Of a DNA stretch of 64,000 nucleotides, positions 42,534-52,386 are shown piece by piece. The translations under genes were made by a program, and so were the position numbers. Below the pieces are notes generated by a model. It was not told the origin of the DNA. It was given only the letters and a program-made list of their open reading frames with translations, and did no database searches. The stretch comes from an uncultured Gemmatimonadales bacterium (GTDB taxonomy: Bacteria; Gemmatimonadota; Gemmatimonadetes; Gemmatimonadales; Gemmatimonadaceae): assembly GCA_963701965.1 (NCBI GenBank), contig OY969695.1:1760001-1824000 (forward strand). Direction: 5' to 3'. Each line of letters begins with the position of its first letter. Position 1 is the stretch's first letter.

Positions 42534-43619
42534 GTGATTGACGATCGTTCGCGTCCCTACGCTCGCCGCGGTGTCGGCCTGGCGCTCGCCGCCGCGCTGC
42601 TGTTTGGCCTCAGCACGCCCTTCGCCAAGGGCCTCGTCGGCACGATCCGACCACAGCTCCTCGCGGGGCTCCTGTACATCGGTTCCGGCACGGGCCTGGG
42701 TCTCTTCTGGTTGGTACGCCGAGTGCAGGGTGCGCCGCCACCAGACGCGCCACTGACCCGGCACGATCTCCCGTGGCTCGCCGGCGCCGTGCTTGCCGGC
42801 GGCGTCGTCGCACCACTGCTCCTGCTCGCCGGGTTGATAGGCACACCCGCGTCGGGCGCTTCCCTACTCCTAAATCTCGAAGGGGTGTTCACCGCCCTGC
42901 TCGCCTGGTTCGTCTTTCACGAGAACTTCGACCGCCGCATCGCACTCGGCATGCTGGCCATCGTCGCCGGCGGTGCGCTCCTCTCAAGGCAGGGCGACGC
43001 GCGAGTAGCCTCGGCAGCCGGTCCGCTGCTGATCGCCGGCGCGTGTCTCTCCTGGGGCATCGACAACAACCTCACCCAGAAAGTGTCGGCCAGTGATCCT
43101 GTCGCCATCGCAGCCATAAAGGGTCTCGTCGCCGGCACCGTGAACGCCGGCATCGCGCTCTCCCTTGGCGCCGCCCTACCGACCGGGCCGCGCCTCGCCG
43201 GCGCGTTGGCGCTGGGTCTGGCGAGCTACGGCATCAGCTTGGTGCTCTACGTACGCGCACTCCGGGAATTGGGGACGGCCCGGACTGGCGCCTACTTTGC
43301 GCTGGCGCCGTTCGCCGGCGCCGCGCTGTCGCTGATTCTCTGGCGCGAGCCGCTCACGCTGCCGTTCCTTGCCGCCGCGGCGCTCATGGCCGTTGGCGTG
43401 TGGCTGCACGTCACGGAGCACCACGATCACACGCACGCCCATGATCCACTGGATCACGAACACGCCCACGTGCACGACGCGCACCATCGGCACGATCATA
43501 CGGCCGGCAATCCACCCGTCACCGATCCGGCACCCCACGTCCACGCCCATCACCACGATCCGTTAACGCACACCCATCCACACTACCCCGACATCCACCA
43601 CCGCCACGGTCACCCGTAG
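42534..43619 (+). CDS. EamA/DMT transporter with His-rich C-terminal tail
   Basis: LFG.STP.AK, LLLNLE, WGIDNNLT, ARTGAYF; ~26 His in the last ~70 aa, ending HYPDIHHRHGHP. Confidence 0.88.
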   Translation: MIDDRSRPYARRGVGLALAAALLFGLSTPFAKGLVGTIRPQLLAGLLYIGSGTGLGLFWLVRRVQGAPPPDAPLTRHDLPWLAGAVLAGGVVAPLLLLAGLIGTPASGASLLLNLEGVFTALLAWFVFHENFDRRIALGMLAIVAGGALLSRQGDARVASAAGPLLIAGACLSWGIDNNLTQKVSASDPVAIAAIKGLVAGTVNAGIALSLGAALPTGPRLAGALALGLASYGISLVLYVRALRELGTARTGAYFALAPFAGAALSLILWREPLTLPFLAAAALMAVGVWLHVTEHHDHTHAHDPLDHEHAHVHDAHHRHDHTAGNPPVTDPAPHVHAHHHDPLTHTHPHYPDIHHRHGHP

Positions 43620-43821
43620 GCGATCCCGAGACACACTCTCGCGAACATCATGGTGCGATGCCGCCGCCGGTTACCCCATGCAATGTCAACATTTGTCGGG
43701 TGTAACGCGCACACGCAGCTCTACGACCTGCCACGAGTCGACTTTCCCCCTAGACTCCGCGGGCAATTCCTGTCTCGCTTGGCGGCACCTTGCAACAGCA
43801 ATTCGCGACGATCTCGGCATA

Positions 43822-43858
43822 TACCGCGAGATCGCGTCGTCCGCTGCCGCCCTTCCCT
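43822..43858 (+). repeat. 37-bp repeat shared with 63324-63360
   Basis: TACCGCGAGATCGCGTCGTCC(G/C)CTGCCG(CC/TA)CTTCCCT, 3 mismatches. Confidence 0.8.
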
Positions 43859-43949
43859 GGATGCTATACCGTTATTTTGCCGGGTCAGGTACGCGGCCAT
43901 CGCCGCCACCATGACGAGGAGCGTGCGCCGTAACGCGGTCTGGCCGGCG

Positions 43950-45284
43950 TTATTGGCCAGACGAGCACCCCGAGACCGGATCGTGAACGCACCGCGTGGG
44001 CTCACCCGCGTATTCGGAGCAATGGTCCATTCCAATCCGCGCGATATAGCCGTCGGGCCGAATCAAGATTCTTGGCCCTTCGGCGGTCACGAATTCCGTT
44101 GCGTGACTGCCCCGTAGATGCTCGAACAACCTGCTCCCGTCGGGAAGCCGGACATCCGGCATGCGGTCTCCGGGATGGAGGCCCGCGAGCACCTGTCCCG
44201 AAGACAGGGAGCTGGTCCGGTAGTGCAACGCCAATTGGTTCGTCGCGTCGCCACGCTTGATCGACCGCGCTTGGTGCAAGCGCTTGCTCAAACCGAGTAC
44301 GGCGGCGGCGATGGGGAGGCGCTCGGCTTCGTACGTGTCGAGTAGCGAATCGGGACCTCCGCGTACAGCGTGCGCAAGTTTCCAGCCCAGATTATAGGCG
44401 TCCTGCACACCGGTGTTGAGCCCCTGTCCACCCGCTGGAGGGTGTACGTGCGCTGCATCCCCCGCCAGGAAGACGCGTCCCACGCGGAATCGATTGACCA
44501 TGCGCACCGTCGGTCGATACATCGAACTCCAGCTGACTCGTCCGACACGGTGGCCGGTGGCTCTCTGCACCCCCTTCTCGATGTCCGGTCCAACACTCTC
44601 CGCTTTGCCAATCAGTTGGAAGAGCGGCGTGCCCGGCAACGGGCAAAGGCCGATGGGCGAGCCTCTAGTCAAGGGCCAGATATGCCAGTCGCGACGGTCA
44701 AGTCCCTCCACCTCGACGTCGGCCACGAGCACGGGGTCTTCATCCATCGCCTCGCCTTCCAGTTTCAGGGCAAGCGCTTTTCGCACCGCACTGTGGCCTC
44801 CGTCGCAGCCGACCAGGAAGGCCACGCGCACGGTCTCGCCGGTGGCGAAGGTCGCGTCGACCCCGCTCTGATCTTGCCGGAATGTTGCGAGCGCTGTGCC
44901 GAATTCGACCTGGCCGCCCAACGCGCGCAAGCGTTCGCGCATGATAGCTTCCGTGCGCGATTGCGGTATCATCCAGATGTTGGGATAGGGCACGCGCTCG
45001 GTTGGCTGTCTGGCGCTACCCAGCGAGCCGGCGCGCAGAGAAAAGGGACCGATGTGAATCCGGAATTTCGGATAAGGCCCCCCGGCGGCAAGGATCGCAT
45101 CGACGACCCCAAGGTCTTCCAGGATCTCGAGGGTGCGCGGTTGGATGCCTTTGCCGCGCGAGCCGGCAAATGGTGTGTCCGCGGCGTCGATCAGACGAAA
45201 CGAGATTCCTCTTCGAGCGAGGTCCAGTGCGAGAGTCAAGCCAGTTGGTCCAGCGCCGGCAATCAGAATCGCGGTTTCGTACAT
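43950..45284 (-). CDS. FAD-dependent monooxygenase (PheA/TfdB family)
   Basis: GAGPTGL, LVGCDGG.S.VR, LAGDAAH.HPP.GGQGLNTG.QDA.NL.WKL. Confidence 0.92.
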   Translation of the reverse strand: MYETAILIAGAGPTGLTLALDLARRGISFRLIDAADTPFAGSRGKGIQPRTLEILEDLGVVDAILAAGGPYPKFRIHIGPFSLRAGSLGSARQPTERVPYPNIWMIPQSRTEAIMRERLRALGGQVEFGTALATFRQDQSGVDATFATGETVRVAFLVGCDGGHSAVRKALALKLEGEAMDEDPVLVADVEVEGLDRRDWHIWPLTRGSPIGLCPLPGTPLFQLIGKAESVGPDIEKGVQRATGHRVGRVSWSSMYRPTVRMVNRFRVGRVFLAGDAAHVHPPAGGQGLNTGVQDAYNLGWKLAHAVRGGPDSLLDTYEAERLPIAAAVLGLSKRLHQARSIKRGDATNQLALHYRTSSLSSGQVLAGLHPGDRMPDVRLPDGSRLFEHLRGSHATEFVTAEGPRILIRPDGYIARIGMDHCSEYAGEPTRCVHDPVSGCSSGQ

Positions 45285-45318
45285 TGTACGAATAGTTATA
45301 ATTAGTACGGTGTACGAA
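45276..45318. promoter_or_regulatory. TetR operator pair
   Basis: Perfect palindrome TTCGTACA-T-TGTACGAA (45276-45292) over the monooxygenase start codon; related GTACGGTGTACGAA before the tetR start. Confidence 0.7.
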
Positions 45319-45926
45319 TGTCAAGACGACGACTCCAACTGAGCCGGGAAAGGATCGCCGCGGCCGCGCTGGCGATTGCCGATGTGGAGGGATTTGAAGC
45401 GGTCTCGATGCGCCGCGTGGCCCAGGAACTCGGTGTCGGCACCATGAGCCTCTATTACTACGTGAAGACCAAGGACGATCTGGTCGCCGTAATGGATGAC
45501 GCGCTCATGGGCGAGATTCTTGTGCCCTCGCTTCCGAAGGGTTGGAAACGCGCCATGGCAGAAATCGCCGCCCGAACGCTCGCCGTCTTTCTTCGACACC
45601 CCTGGGCGCTAGTCTCAATGTCGTCGGCGCCACCAGGGGTGAACGCGATGCGCCACATGGAGCAGTGCCTGGAAGCGTTGGCCGAGACCTCAATGACGAC
45701 GGAGCAGAAACTCACACTGCTGGCGATCGTAGACGACTTCGTCTTTGGCCACGCGCTGCGCGAAGCGGCCAGCGATGCTACGATCGACCCGGATTTGGCG
45801 GTGGCCCAGATGGCCAGTGGCGCTTTTCCCCAGCTGGCAAAGGTGTTCGGGGGCGGCCGGATAGGTCCGAGGAAAGACCGCTTCAGGGCAGGCTTGCGGT
45901 TGCTGCTTCAGCAAGCGCGCAAGTAA
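45318..45926 (+). CDS. TetR/AcrR family regulator (TetR_C type)
   Basis: LSRERI..AA..IAD.EG...VSMRRVA..LGVGTMSLYYYV.TKDDL. Confidence 0.93.
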   Translation: MSRRRLQLSRERIAAAALAIADVEGFEAVSMRRVAQELGVGTMSLYYYVKTKDDLVAVMDDALMGEILVPSLPKGWKRAMAEIAARTLAVFLRHPWALVSMSSAPPGVNAMRHMEQCLEALAETSMTTEQKLTLLAIVDDFVFGHALREAASDATIDPDLAVAQMASGAFPQLAKVFGGGRIGPRKDRFRAGLRLLLQQARK

Positions 45927-46089
45927 GTCGGGCACGACGCAACTCGCTGGCGTCCTCAAGCGAGCCAGAACGCCACTGTGCTGCGCGACTGGGGTCGCCT
46001 GCCCTCGGTTGCCGAGGCGGGCGGTGATTGTCAGCGCGGTGGGAGATGAATGTGCCGAGCGCAATCGTCGTGCGGTCGAGACGGCACCA

Positions 46090-46180
46090 CAATTTCGAGT
46101 TCTCGCGGAGGGCACGGGGCCGGAGCTCGTGCTCGCCCATGGAGGCTTACAGACGGCGGAGTTGCTCTCGCCATTGGTCA
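46090..46180 (+). pseudogene. Possible N-terminal alpha/beta hydrolase stub
   Basis: FRVLAEGTGPELVLAHGG motif with nothing downstream. Confidence 0.35.
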
Positions 46181-46273
46181 TCGCGCCGCGTACACCATGG
46201 CGCTCGGCGCCACCGCGAAAAGCGATCGACAACCCCCGGTTGGATTCGCCGCGATCGGCCGGCCGGGATCCGA

Positions 46274-47179
46274 TCAACGCGCTCGTTTCGGAGCGGGGAT
46301 GACCGGCGCGAACTGCTCCGCCACCGCGCGCTGGAGAAACGTGGCGGCGGTGTCGAGCCGTCCGAGGTGACCGGCACGCACGAAGACGATCGCGACCGAG
46401 AGCGTCACTCCGGGACGAGTCAGCTGCTCGAGATGCCGGCGCCGCGGATGCGCCGCGAGGAGGCGGGCCGGAACGATCCCGAGCCCCAACCCACCAGCGA
46501 CCAGCGACAGCTGCATCTCAATGTTGTGGATCTCGGCGGCGATGCGGAACGCTGTTCCTATCTCGCGCAGTTTCACCTCGAGCACCTGCCGGATGAGACA
46601 CCCCGGTGGGTTGACCACCCACGGCGCATCGAGGTCGGGCGGAGCCGAACGGCCGTCCCCGTCGCGCGCGCGGATCAGCGCGAGCCGTTCGGTGGCCACG
46701 ACGGTGGCGTCGAGGTCGTGCGGCGTGCCGCCGGCGGCGGGCATGAGCGCCAGCGCCGCGTCGAGGGCGCCCGTCCGTACCTGCTCGAGAAGCGTCCGCG
46801 TGAGATCCGTCGTGATCACTGGCCGCAGTCGCCTGAACCGATTCGTCAATCGTTGAATCACGCCGACGAGACTGGCCTGCGCGAGCGCGTGGGCGACCCC
46901 CAAACGGAACGTGCCGGTCGGCTCCACCTCCGGCGACGCCGCGGCCTTGAGATCATCCATGACGCGCAAGAGGTGCCGTCCTCGATCGAGCACCTCGCGA
47001 CCCGCGCGGGTAATCCGCGCCGGCTTGACACGGCGATCGAGAAGCGGTGCCCCGAGCGCGTGCTCAAGGCGCTGGATCTGCCGCGTGACCGCCGACGGTG
47101 TCAGGAACAGGCGCTCGGACGCCCGCCGCAACGAGCCGGACTCCGCCAGCATGACGAACGATCGAATCTCATCGAGCAT
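46274..47179 (-). CDS. LysR family regulator
   Basis: GSLRRASERLFLTPSAVTRQIQRLE..LG..LLDR. Confidence 0.9.
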   Translation of the reverse strand: MLDEIRSFVMLAESGSLRRASERLFLTPSAVTRQIQRLEHALGAPLLDRRVKPARITRAGREVLDRGRHLLRVMDDLKAAASPEVEPTGTFRLGVAHALAQASLVGVIQRLTNRFRRLRPVITTDLTRTLLEQVRTGALDAALALMPAAGGTPHDLDATVVATERLALIRARDGDGRSAPPDLDAPWVVNPPGCLIRQVLEVKLREIGTAFRIAAEIHNIEMQLSLVAGGLGLGIVPARLLAAHPRRRHLEQLTRPGVTLSVAIVFVRAGHLGRLDTAATFLQRAVAEQFAPVIPAPKRAR

Positions 47180-47246
47180 TGTGGGCAACATGATAGTGCC
47201 GATATTGCATTTGACGCAACTCTTTACCGGGCCCAGATTGCGGCGC

Positions 47247-48218
47247 ATGACAGGCGCTATTCGCGTGTCCGCCACGGGCGGCCCCGAGGTGCTCCGCTGG
47301 GAGACGATCGAGCTCGGCGCACCAGGGCCGGGGCAGGTACGCCTCGCGCACACGGCGATCGGTATCAATTACATCGACGTGTACCACCGGAGCGGCCTGT
47401 ATCCGCAACCGCTGCCGTTCATCCCTGGTGTCGAAGGCGTGGGTGTGGTCGAAGCGACGGGACCGGACGTGACCGGCCTCACGGTAGGCGCGCGGGTCGC
47501 GTATGCGCTGCTACCGGGGAGCTACGCCGAGGCGCGGTTGGCGCCGGCCGATCGCTTGATCTCGTTACCGGACCACGTCGCCGACGATCTCGCGGCGGGC
47601 CTCATGCTCCGAGGGATGACGGTCGAGTTCCTGGTCGAGCGCTGCTACCGCGTGCAGCCCGGCGACTGGGTCTTGTGGCACGCGGCCGCCGGTGGCGTGG
47701 GCACGATCGCAATGGGTTGGCTCAAGGCGCTCAGCGCGGTGGTGATCGGCACCGCGGGATCCGACGAGAAGTGCGCAGCCGCCGCCGCCCTCGGCGCGGA
47801 CTTCGTCATCGACTATCGCGCCAAAGACTGGGTAGCCCAGGTGAAGGATCTGACCCGGGGCCGCGGCGTCGACGTCGTCTATGACGGCGTCGGCAAAGAC
47901 ACGTGCCTGGCGTCGCTCGACTGCCTCAAGCCGAGAGGGACTCTCGTCACGTTCGGCAACGCCTCGGGCGCAGTGCCGCCGATCGAGCCGCTGACCCTCA
48001 TGGCGAAAGGTTCGGTGCACTTCACGCGGCCGAGTCTCACCCACTACATCGCGAGCCGCGCCGACCTGGAGCACTCGGCGGCCTCGGTGTTTACCATGCT
48101 CGAGCGCGGCGCGATCGCGCCGGCCATCGGAGGGCGGTACGCGCTCGCCAATGCGGCGACGGCGCATCGCGATCTCGAGACGCGCCGCACGCGCGGCTCC
48201 GTCGTATTCACCCTGTGA
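47247..48218 (+). CDS. qor: NADPH:quinone oxidoreductase (zeta-crystallin/Qor)
   Basis: GINYID.Y.RSGLY, HAAAGGVG, VYDGVGK, FGNASG. Confidence 0.88.
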   Translation: MTGAIRVSATGGPEVLRWETIELGAPGPGQVRLAHTAIGINYIDVYHRSGLYPQPLPFIPGVEGVGVVEATGPDVTGLTVGARVAYALLPGSYAEARLAPADRLISLPDHVADDLAAGLMLRGMTVEFLVERCYRVQPGDWVLWHAAAGGVGTIAMGWLKALSAVVIGTAGSDEKCAAAAALGADFVIDYRAKDWVAQVKDLTRGRGVDVVYDGVGKDTCLASLDCLKPRGTLVTFGNASGAVPPIEPLTLMAKGSVHFTRPSLTHYIASRADLEHSAASVFTMLERGAIAPAIGGRYALANAATAHRDLETRRTRGSVVFTL

Positions 48219-48229
48219 TCGAGTGATTG

Positions 48230-48607
48230 ATGACCAGGCACGCCATTACCACGGACAAAATCGCCAAACCGGTCGGTCCATTCTCGCCGGCCGTTCGCGC
48301 CGGCGAGGCGCTGTACCTGAGCGGGCAGGTCGCTCAGGATCCCGCGACCGGCAAGCTCATCGCGGGCGACGTCGCCACGCAGACGGAGCGGATCTTTCGG
48401 AACATCGAGGCGGTGCTACAGGCGGCGCATCTCAGCCTGGAGCATGTCGTCAAGGTGACGGTCTACCTGACGGACATGAAAGAATTCGCCGCCATGAACG
48501 AAGTGTACGGGCGTCAGTTCGCCGCGCCGTACCCGGCGCGGACGACCATCGCGGTCGCGGCGCTCCCATTAGGCGCTGCCGTCGAGTTGGACGTCATCGC
48601 GCGGTGA
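48230..48607 (+). CDS. RidA/YjgF family deaminase
   Basis: GPFSPAV, LYLSGQ, MNEVY, PARTT, LP.GA.VE. Confidence 0.9.
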   Translation: MTRHAITTDKIAKPVGPFSPAVRAGEALYLSGQVAQDPATGKLIAGDVATQTERIFRNIEAVLQAAHLSLEHVVKVTVYLTDMKEFAAMNEVYGRQFAAPYPARTTIAVAALPLGAAVELDVIAR

Positions 48608-49469
48608 GCCACGTGCGCCGGCCGTATCGCTACCGCGTCGTCAATGTGTTCACGACCGAGCCGTTCGAGGGGAATCCGCTCGCCGTGTTCACGGACGCGT
48701 ACGGCCTCGACGACCGCGCAATGCAGCGCATCGCCCGGGAGCTCAACCTCTCGGAGACGACGTTTTGCTTTCCGGCCACGCGCGCCGATTGCGTGGCGAA
48801 CGTCAGGATTTTCACGCCATGCAACGAGATGATGTTCGCCGGCCACCCGACGATCGGCACCAGCTTCGTGCTGCTGGACGAAGCCCACGTCCCGCCGCAC
48901 ACGGCCCAATTCATGCTGGAGGAGAAGGTCGGCCCGGTGCCGATTCGGGTCGACCCCGGCGAGCGGCCGCTCATCTCGGTTGCGCACGCCGCCCATTGAG
49001 TATGGCCCGACGGGCGACCGCGCGACGTGCGCTGCCGCGCTAGGTCTTCGCGCCGACGACCTTCTCGACGTCGCGCCGCAATTCGTCAGTGCCGGCAATC
49101 CCACGCTGTTCATCCCGCTCAGAGACCCCAGCGTCGTCGACCGTGCCTGCCCTGAGCGGCTCGCAACGCTCAAGGGCGACCGGGTCGACCCGTTCTGCGT
49201 CTTTCTCTTCGCGCCGACGCCCTCGGGCGCATATTCGCGGATGTTCGCGCGCCGATTATGGCGTGCCAGAGGATCCCGCGACAGGGAGCGCCACGGGCCC
49301 GCTCGCCTCATTCATGCTGCGGCACGGTCTCGTCACCGGCTCTCGCATGACGAGCGAGCAGGGAACCAGAATGGGCCGGCGCAGCATTCTGCACGTCGCC
49401 ATCGACGGCGATGCCATCGACGTGGGCGGATACGTCACGTCCGTCGCCACCGGCCAGCTTACCCTCTGA
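48604..49469 (+). CDS. PhzF family isomerase, frameshifts at ~48977 and ~49250
   Basis: VNVFT..PF.GNPLAV, NLSET.F, FAGHPTIG, EDPATGSA.G, EQG..MGR.S across three frames. Confidence 0.82.
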
Positions 49470-49794
49470 CCGCCATTCTCGTGATGCTGCTCGTTCTCGC
49501 CATGGGCGGTACAAGGCTCGCACTTGTGATGTCCACGATGTCAACGTGGCGCTCTAACGGCGCCAGTTCCGCCAGTGTAGGCGATCCCTTTGAACATGTC
49601 TGGGTGCTTCACCGGCGGAGATCGCGCGCCGCGGCAATGCGCTCCTGACTCGATGACCATCTACGCCCGCGAGTCGATGTTGGTCGGCGACACGGGCACG
49701 GTCGTGCCGCCGCGCCGGCAATGCGCAGGCCGACGGCGATTCCTGCCAACCCGCCAATGGCGAGAGGGTTCACCTCCGCGATCACCCCCGCGGC

Positions 49795-50643
49795 TCACTG
49801 TATCCCTAATAGTTGACCGGAACAGTGTGTCGTTGCCTGTCCGCCAATCCAGACGGCTCCGCCCGCGTCTCGATCGATGTAGATACGGCCGGCGCGCCCC
49901 ACGCGTGTCCCTTGCGAGGCGATATAGGGCGCCGTGGCGCGCCCCGAGGAAATCAACCATTCCGCGACTGAAGCGTTGAGACTGCCGGTGACGGGGTCCT
50001 CGACCAGGCGGTGATGATGATCTGAAAAGATGGCGCGCACCTCGAACGCTACCGGACTGCCTACGGGATACGGACCGACGAGCCCGATATCGACGCGCTT
50101 GGGGTGTTCTTTCGCCGGCTCGACGGCGAGCACGCCATCCGCCGAGGCCAGCAGCACCGCGATCCAGCCCGGCCCATTGTCGGCCCACTGAGCATCGATG
50201 ATCGCCGAGCGATCGATGCGCAGTACGGCTGCGACCTCCCGGAGTTTCTCTTCCTCTACCGGGCCGCTACGAATGAGTCGCGGCGCAGCAAAGGCCAGGC
50301 GCCCTCCGTCCCTCCGAATCGGGACCAAGCCCGCGCCGCATTCTTGGACGATGGCCATACTGCCGCGCGGCGTGTTGCCTGCCTCGAGCCAGGCATGGCA
50401 CGTGCCAAGCGTCGGGTGACCAGCGAACGGCATCTCGCGATCCAGCGTGAAGATGCGCACACGGTAGTCCGCCTCGCGCGAGACAGGCGGAAGGAGAAAC
50501 GCGGTTTCGGAGAAATTCAGCCAGCGTGTGATCTGCTGCATCTCTTCAGTCGACAAGCCTTCCGCGTCAAAAACGACAGCGAGCGGATTGCCAGTCAGCG
50601 GCTGGGTATGGAAGACGTCGATGAGCTTAAAAGAGCGATGCAT
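49795..50643 (-). CDS. PhzF family isomerase (YddE-like)
   Basis: DVF....GNPLAVV, NFSETAF, FAGHPTLG, EDPVTGSLNAS, SQGT..GR.G. Confidence 0.92.
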   Translation of the reverse strand: MHRSFKLIDVFHTQPLTGNPLAVVFDAEGLSTEEMQQITRWLNFSETAFLLPPVSREADYRVRIFTLDREMPFAGHPTLGTCHAWLEAGNTPRGSMAIVQECGAGLVPIRRDGGRLAFAAPRLIRSGPVEEEKLREVAAVLRIDRSAIIDAQWADNGPGWIAVLLASADGVLAVEPAKEHPKRVDIGLVGPYPVGSPVAFEVRAIFSDHHHRLVEDPVTGSLNASVAEWLISSGRATAPYIASQGTRVGRAGRIYIDRDAGGAVWIGGQATTHCSGQLLGIQ

Positions 50644-50709
50644 GATGGAAATCCGGCGACTGGAAGTATGGGATTCAATGACGGAGAAGCTGGGAGTATC
50701 TGACCGCGT

Positions 50710-52305
50710 TCAGTGCGCGACCGCCGGACTCCGGGCCGACGCGATCCGCACGTTGATGCAGGCGGGCTCCCCGCAGGCCAGCGCGACCGCGAGCGCATCG
50801 GCCAGAGACGCCGGATCCGACGCCGCGAACCCCCGCGCACCCAGGCCGCGTGCCACGTGGTCATAGGGCGCGTCCAGCAAGTCGGTCGCGTAGGTGCGTT
50901 CGGGACCGTACTGCGCGGCCTGGAGATGCCACTCCGCCCCCCACCGTGCATCGTGGCCAACGATGACGACCAGGGGCAACCCACAACGCGCCGCCGTCTC
51001 CAGCTCGCTCGCGTGATACCCGAAGGCACCGTCACCAATGAACACGATGGTGCGACCACGCGAGCCCGCGGCAGCCACCCCCAATCCCATCGGTATGCTC
51101 CCGCCGATCGCCCCCAACTTCGCGTTCCATAACATTGGATTCGGCAGGTCGCTCAACCCCGCGCGAATCCATTGGCAATATTCCCCTCCATCGAGCACGA
51201 GGCAGTCGTCGGGTCGCAGCAGCCCGCGGACTGCCTGCGCGACGGTGAGCGGATGCAGCGCGGAGACTGACGTCTCGGGCACCAGCTCGGCCGGCCGGCT
51301 CGACCAGAGATCGGTCCACGGGCTCGATCGCGGACGGTGCCGCGCCGTGGCATCCGACAAGAATGCCAGCGCCGGCGTCACAGCAACTTGGAGATGCCAG
51401 TCCGGCCGACGTTCCGGCCGCGGATCACCGGGCGCGTCAATGTGCAGCAGCGATCCGGCCGCGGCGATGGCCGATCGCCGGAGAAAACCGACGGCGAAGT
51501 CACCGGGAGCGACGACCAGCGCGCAGTCGCTCTCCGGATACCGATGAGTCACCGCGCGATACTTGAGGTCACTCGTCCCTCGCGGGCACTCGGTCACGAC
51601 CGGCTCGACCCCGAGGTGGCGCGACAATCTCCCCAAGCTGGCTCCGGCCGCGTTGCGGTTAGCCGACGGTCGGACAATGATGAGGGGCCGCTCGGCGCGC
51701 ATGAGACGGTCGGCCATCGCGTGGAGTACGGCCTCGCTCTCCGTCGGCGCGACATCGGCAGCCGCGTGAGCGCTCGCCACCTGATCGGCAATGTCGTACC
51801 TCGCCGCGAGCACATCGCGCGGCAAGCTCACATGTACGACCCCAGGCACATCCGCACCAGCGAGCGACCAGGCACGGGACAACACGTTCGGCAACGCGGC
51901 ACCGTCGACCGCGGCGAGCGACGCCTTGGCGATCACACGGGCGATCGTACGCTGGTCCACATCCTGAAAGCCACCAGCGCCCGCTTCGCCGCTGGCACAC
52001 GCGCCGCTCAGAAACAGCAGCGGAAGCTCCGCGCTCGTCGCGCTGGCGACACCGGTGGCCGCTGCCAGAAACCCCGGACCTGCCGAAACGAGCACTACGC
52101 CCGGCCGGCCCGTCGATTCCGCGAACGCCTGTGCGGCGTACGCAGCGGCCGATTCGTGGCGCATATGAATGATCCGCAACCCGGCAGCCGGCGCCGCATC
52201 GAAGATCGGCAGAATCTGATTCCCGGAGACAGCGAATATTGTCGTCGCACCAAGGTCCCGAAGCGTGCGCGCGACAATCTCACCCCCGGTCAGGCTGGTA
52301 GACAT
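50710..52305 (-). CDS. Thiamine diphosphate-dependent enzyme (acetolactate synthase/2-hydroxyacyl-CoA lyase-like)
   Basis: RHE.AA, AGPGF, FQ, GDGAFGY..SELETA.R. Confidence 0.85.
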   Translation of the reverse strand: MSTSLTGGEIVARTLRDLGATTIFAVSGNQILPIFDAAPAAGLRIIHMRHESAAAYAAQAFAESTGRPGVVLVSAGPGFLAAATGVASATSAELPLLFLSGACASGEAGAGGFQDVDQRTIARVIAKASLAAVDGAALPNVLSRAWSLAGADVPGVVHVSLPRDVLAARYDIADQVASAHAAADVAPTESEAVLHAMADRLMRAERPLIIVRPSANRNAAGASLGRLSRHLGVEPVVTECPRGTSDLKYRAVTHRYPESDCALVVAPGDFAVGFLRRSAIAAAGSLLHIDAPGDPRPERRPDWHLQVAVTPALAFLSDATARHRPRSSPWTDLWSSRPAELVPETSVSALHPLTVAQAVRGLLRPDDCLVLDGGEYCQWIRAGLSDLPNPMLWNAKLGAIGGSIPMGLGVAAAGSRGRTIVFIGDGAFGYHASELETAARCGLPLVVIVGHDARWGAEWHLQAAQYGPERTYATDLLDAPYDHVARGLGARGFAASDPASLADALAVALACGEPACINVRIASARSPAVAH

Positions 52306-52386
52306 GCGCCTAATTACGGCTCCACAATCCACATCAGCAAGGCGCATTAACCGATATGAGATATCGCGTGTCGGCATATCGCTGAA

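Noticed and set aside
46028..47884. 618-aa ORF and similar long Arg/Ala-rich ORFs (e.g. 24022-25650, 17185-18714)
   Set aside because: Shadow frames of real genes in high-GC DNA, with no motifs
48604..50643. Phenazine biosynthesis cluster
   Set aside because: Only PhzF-like genes; no phzA/B, D, E or G
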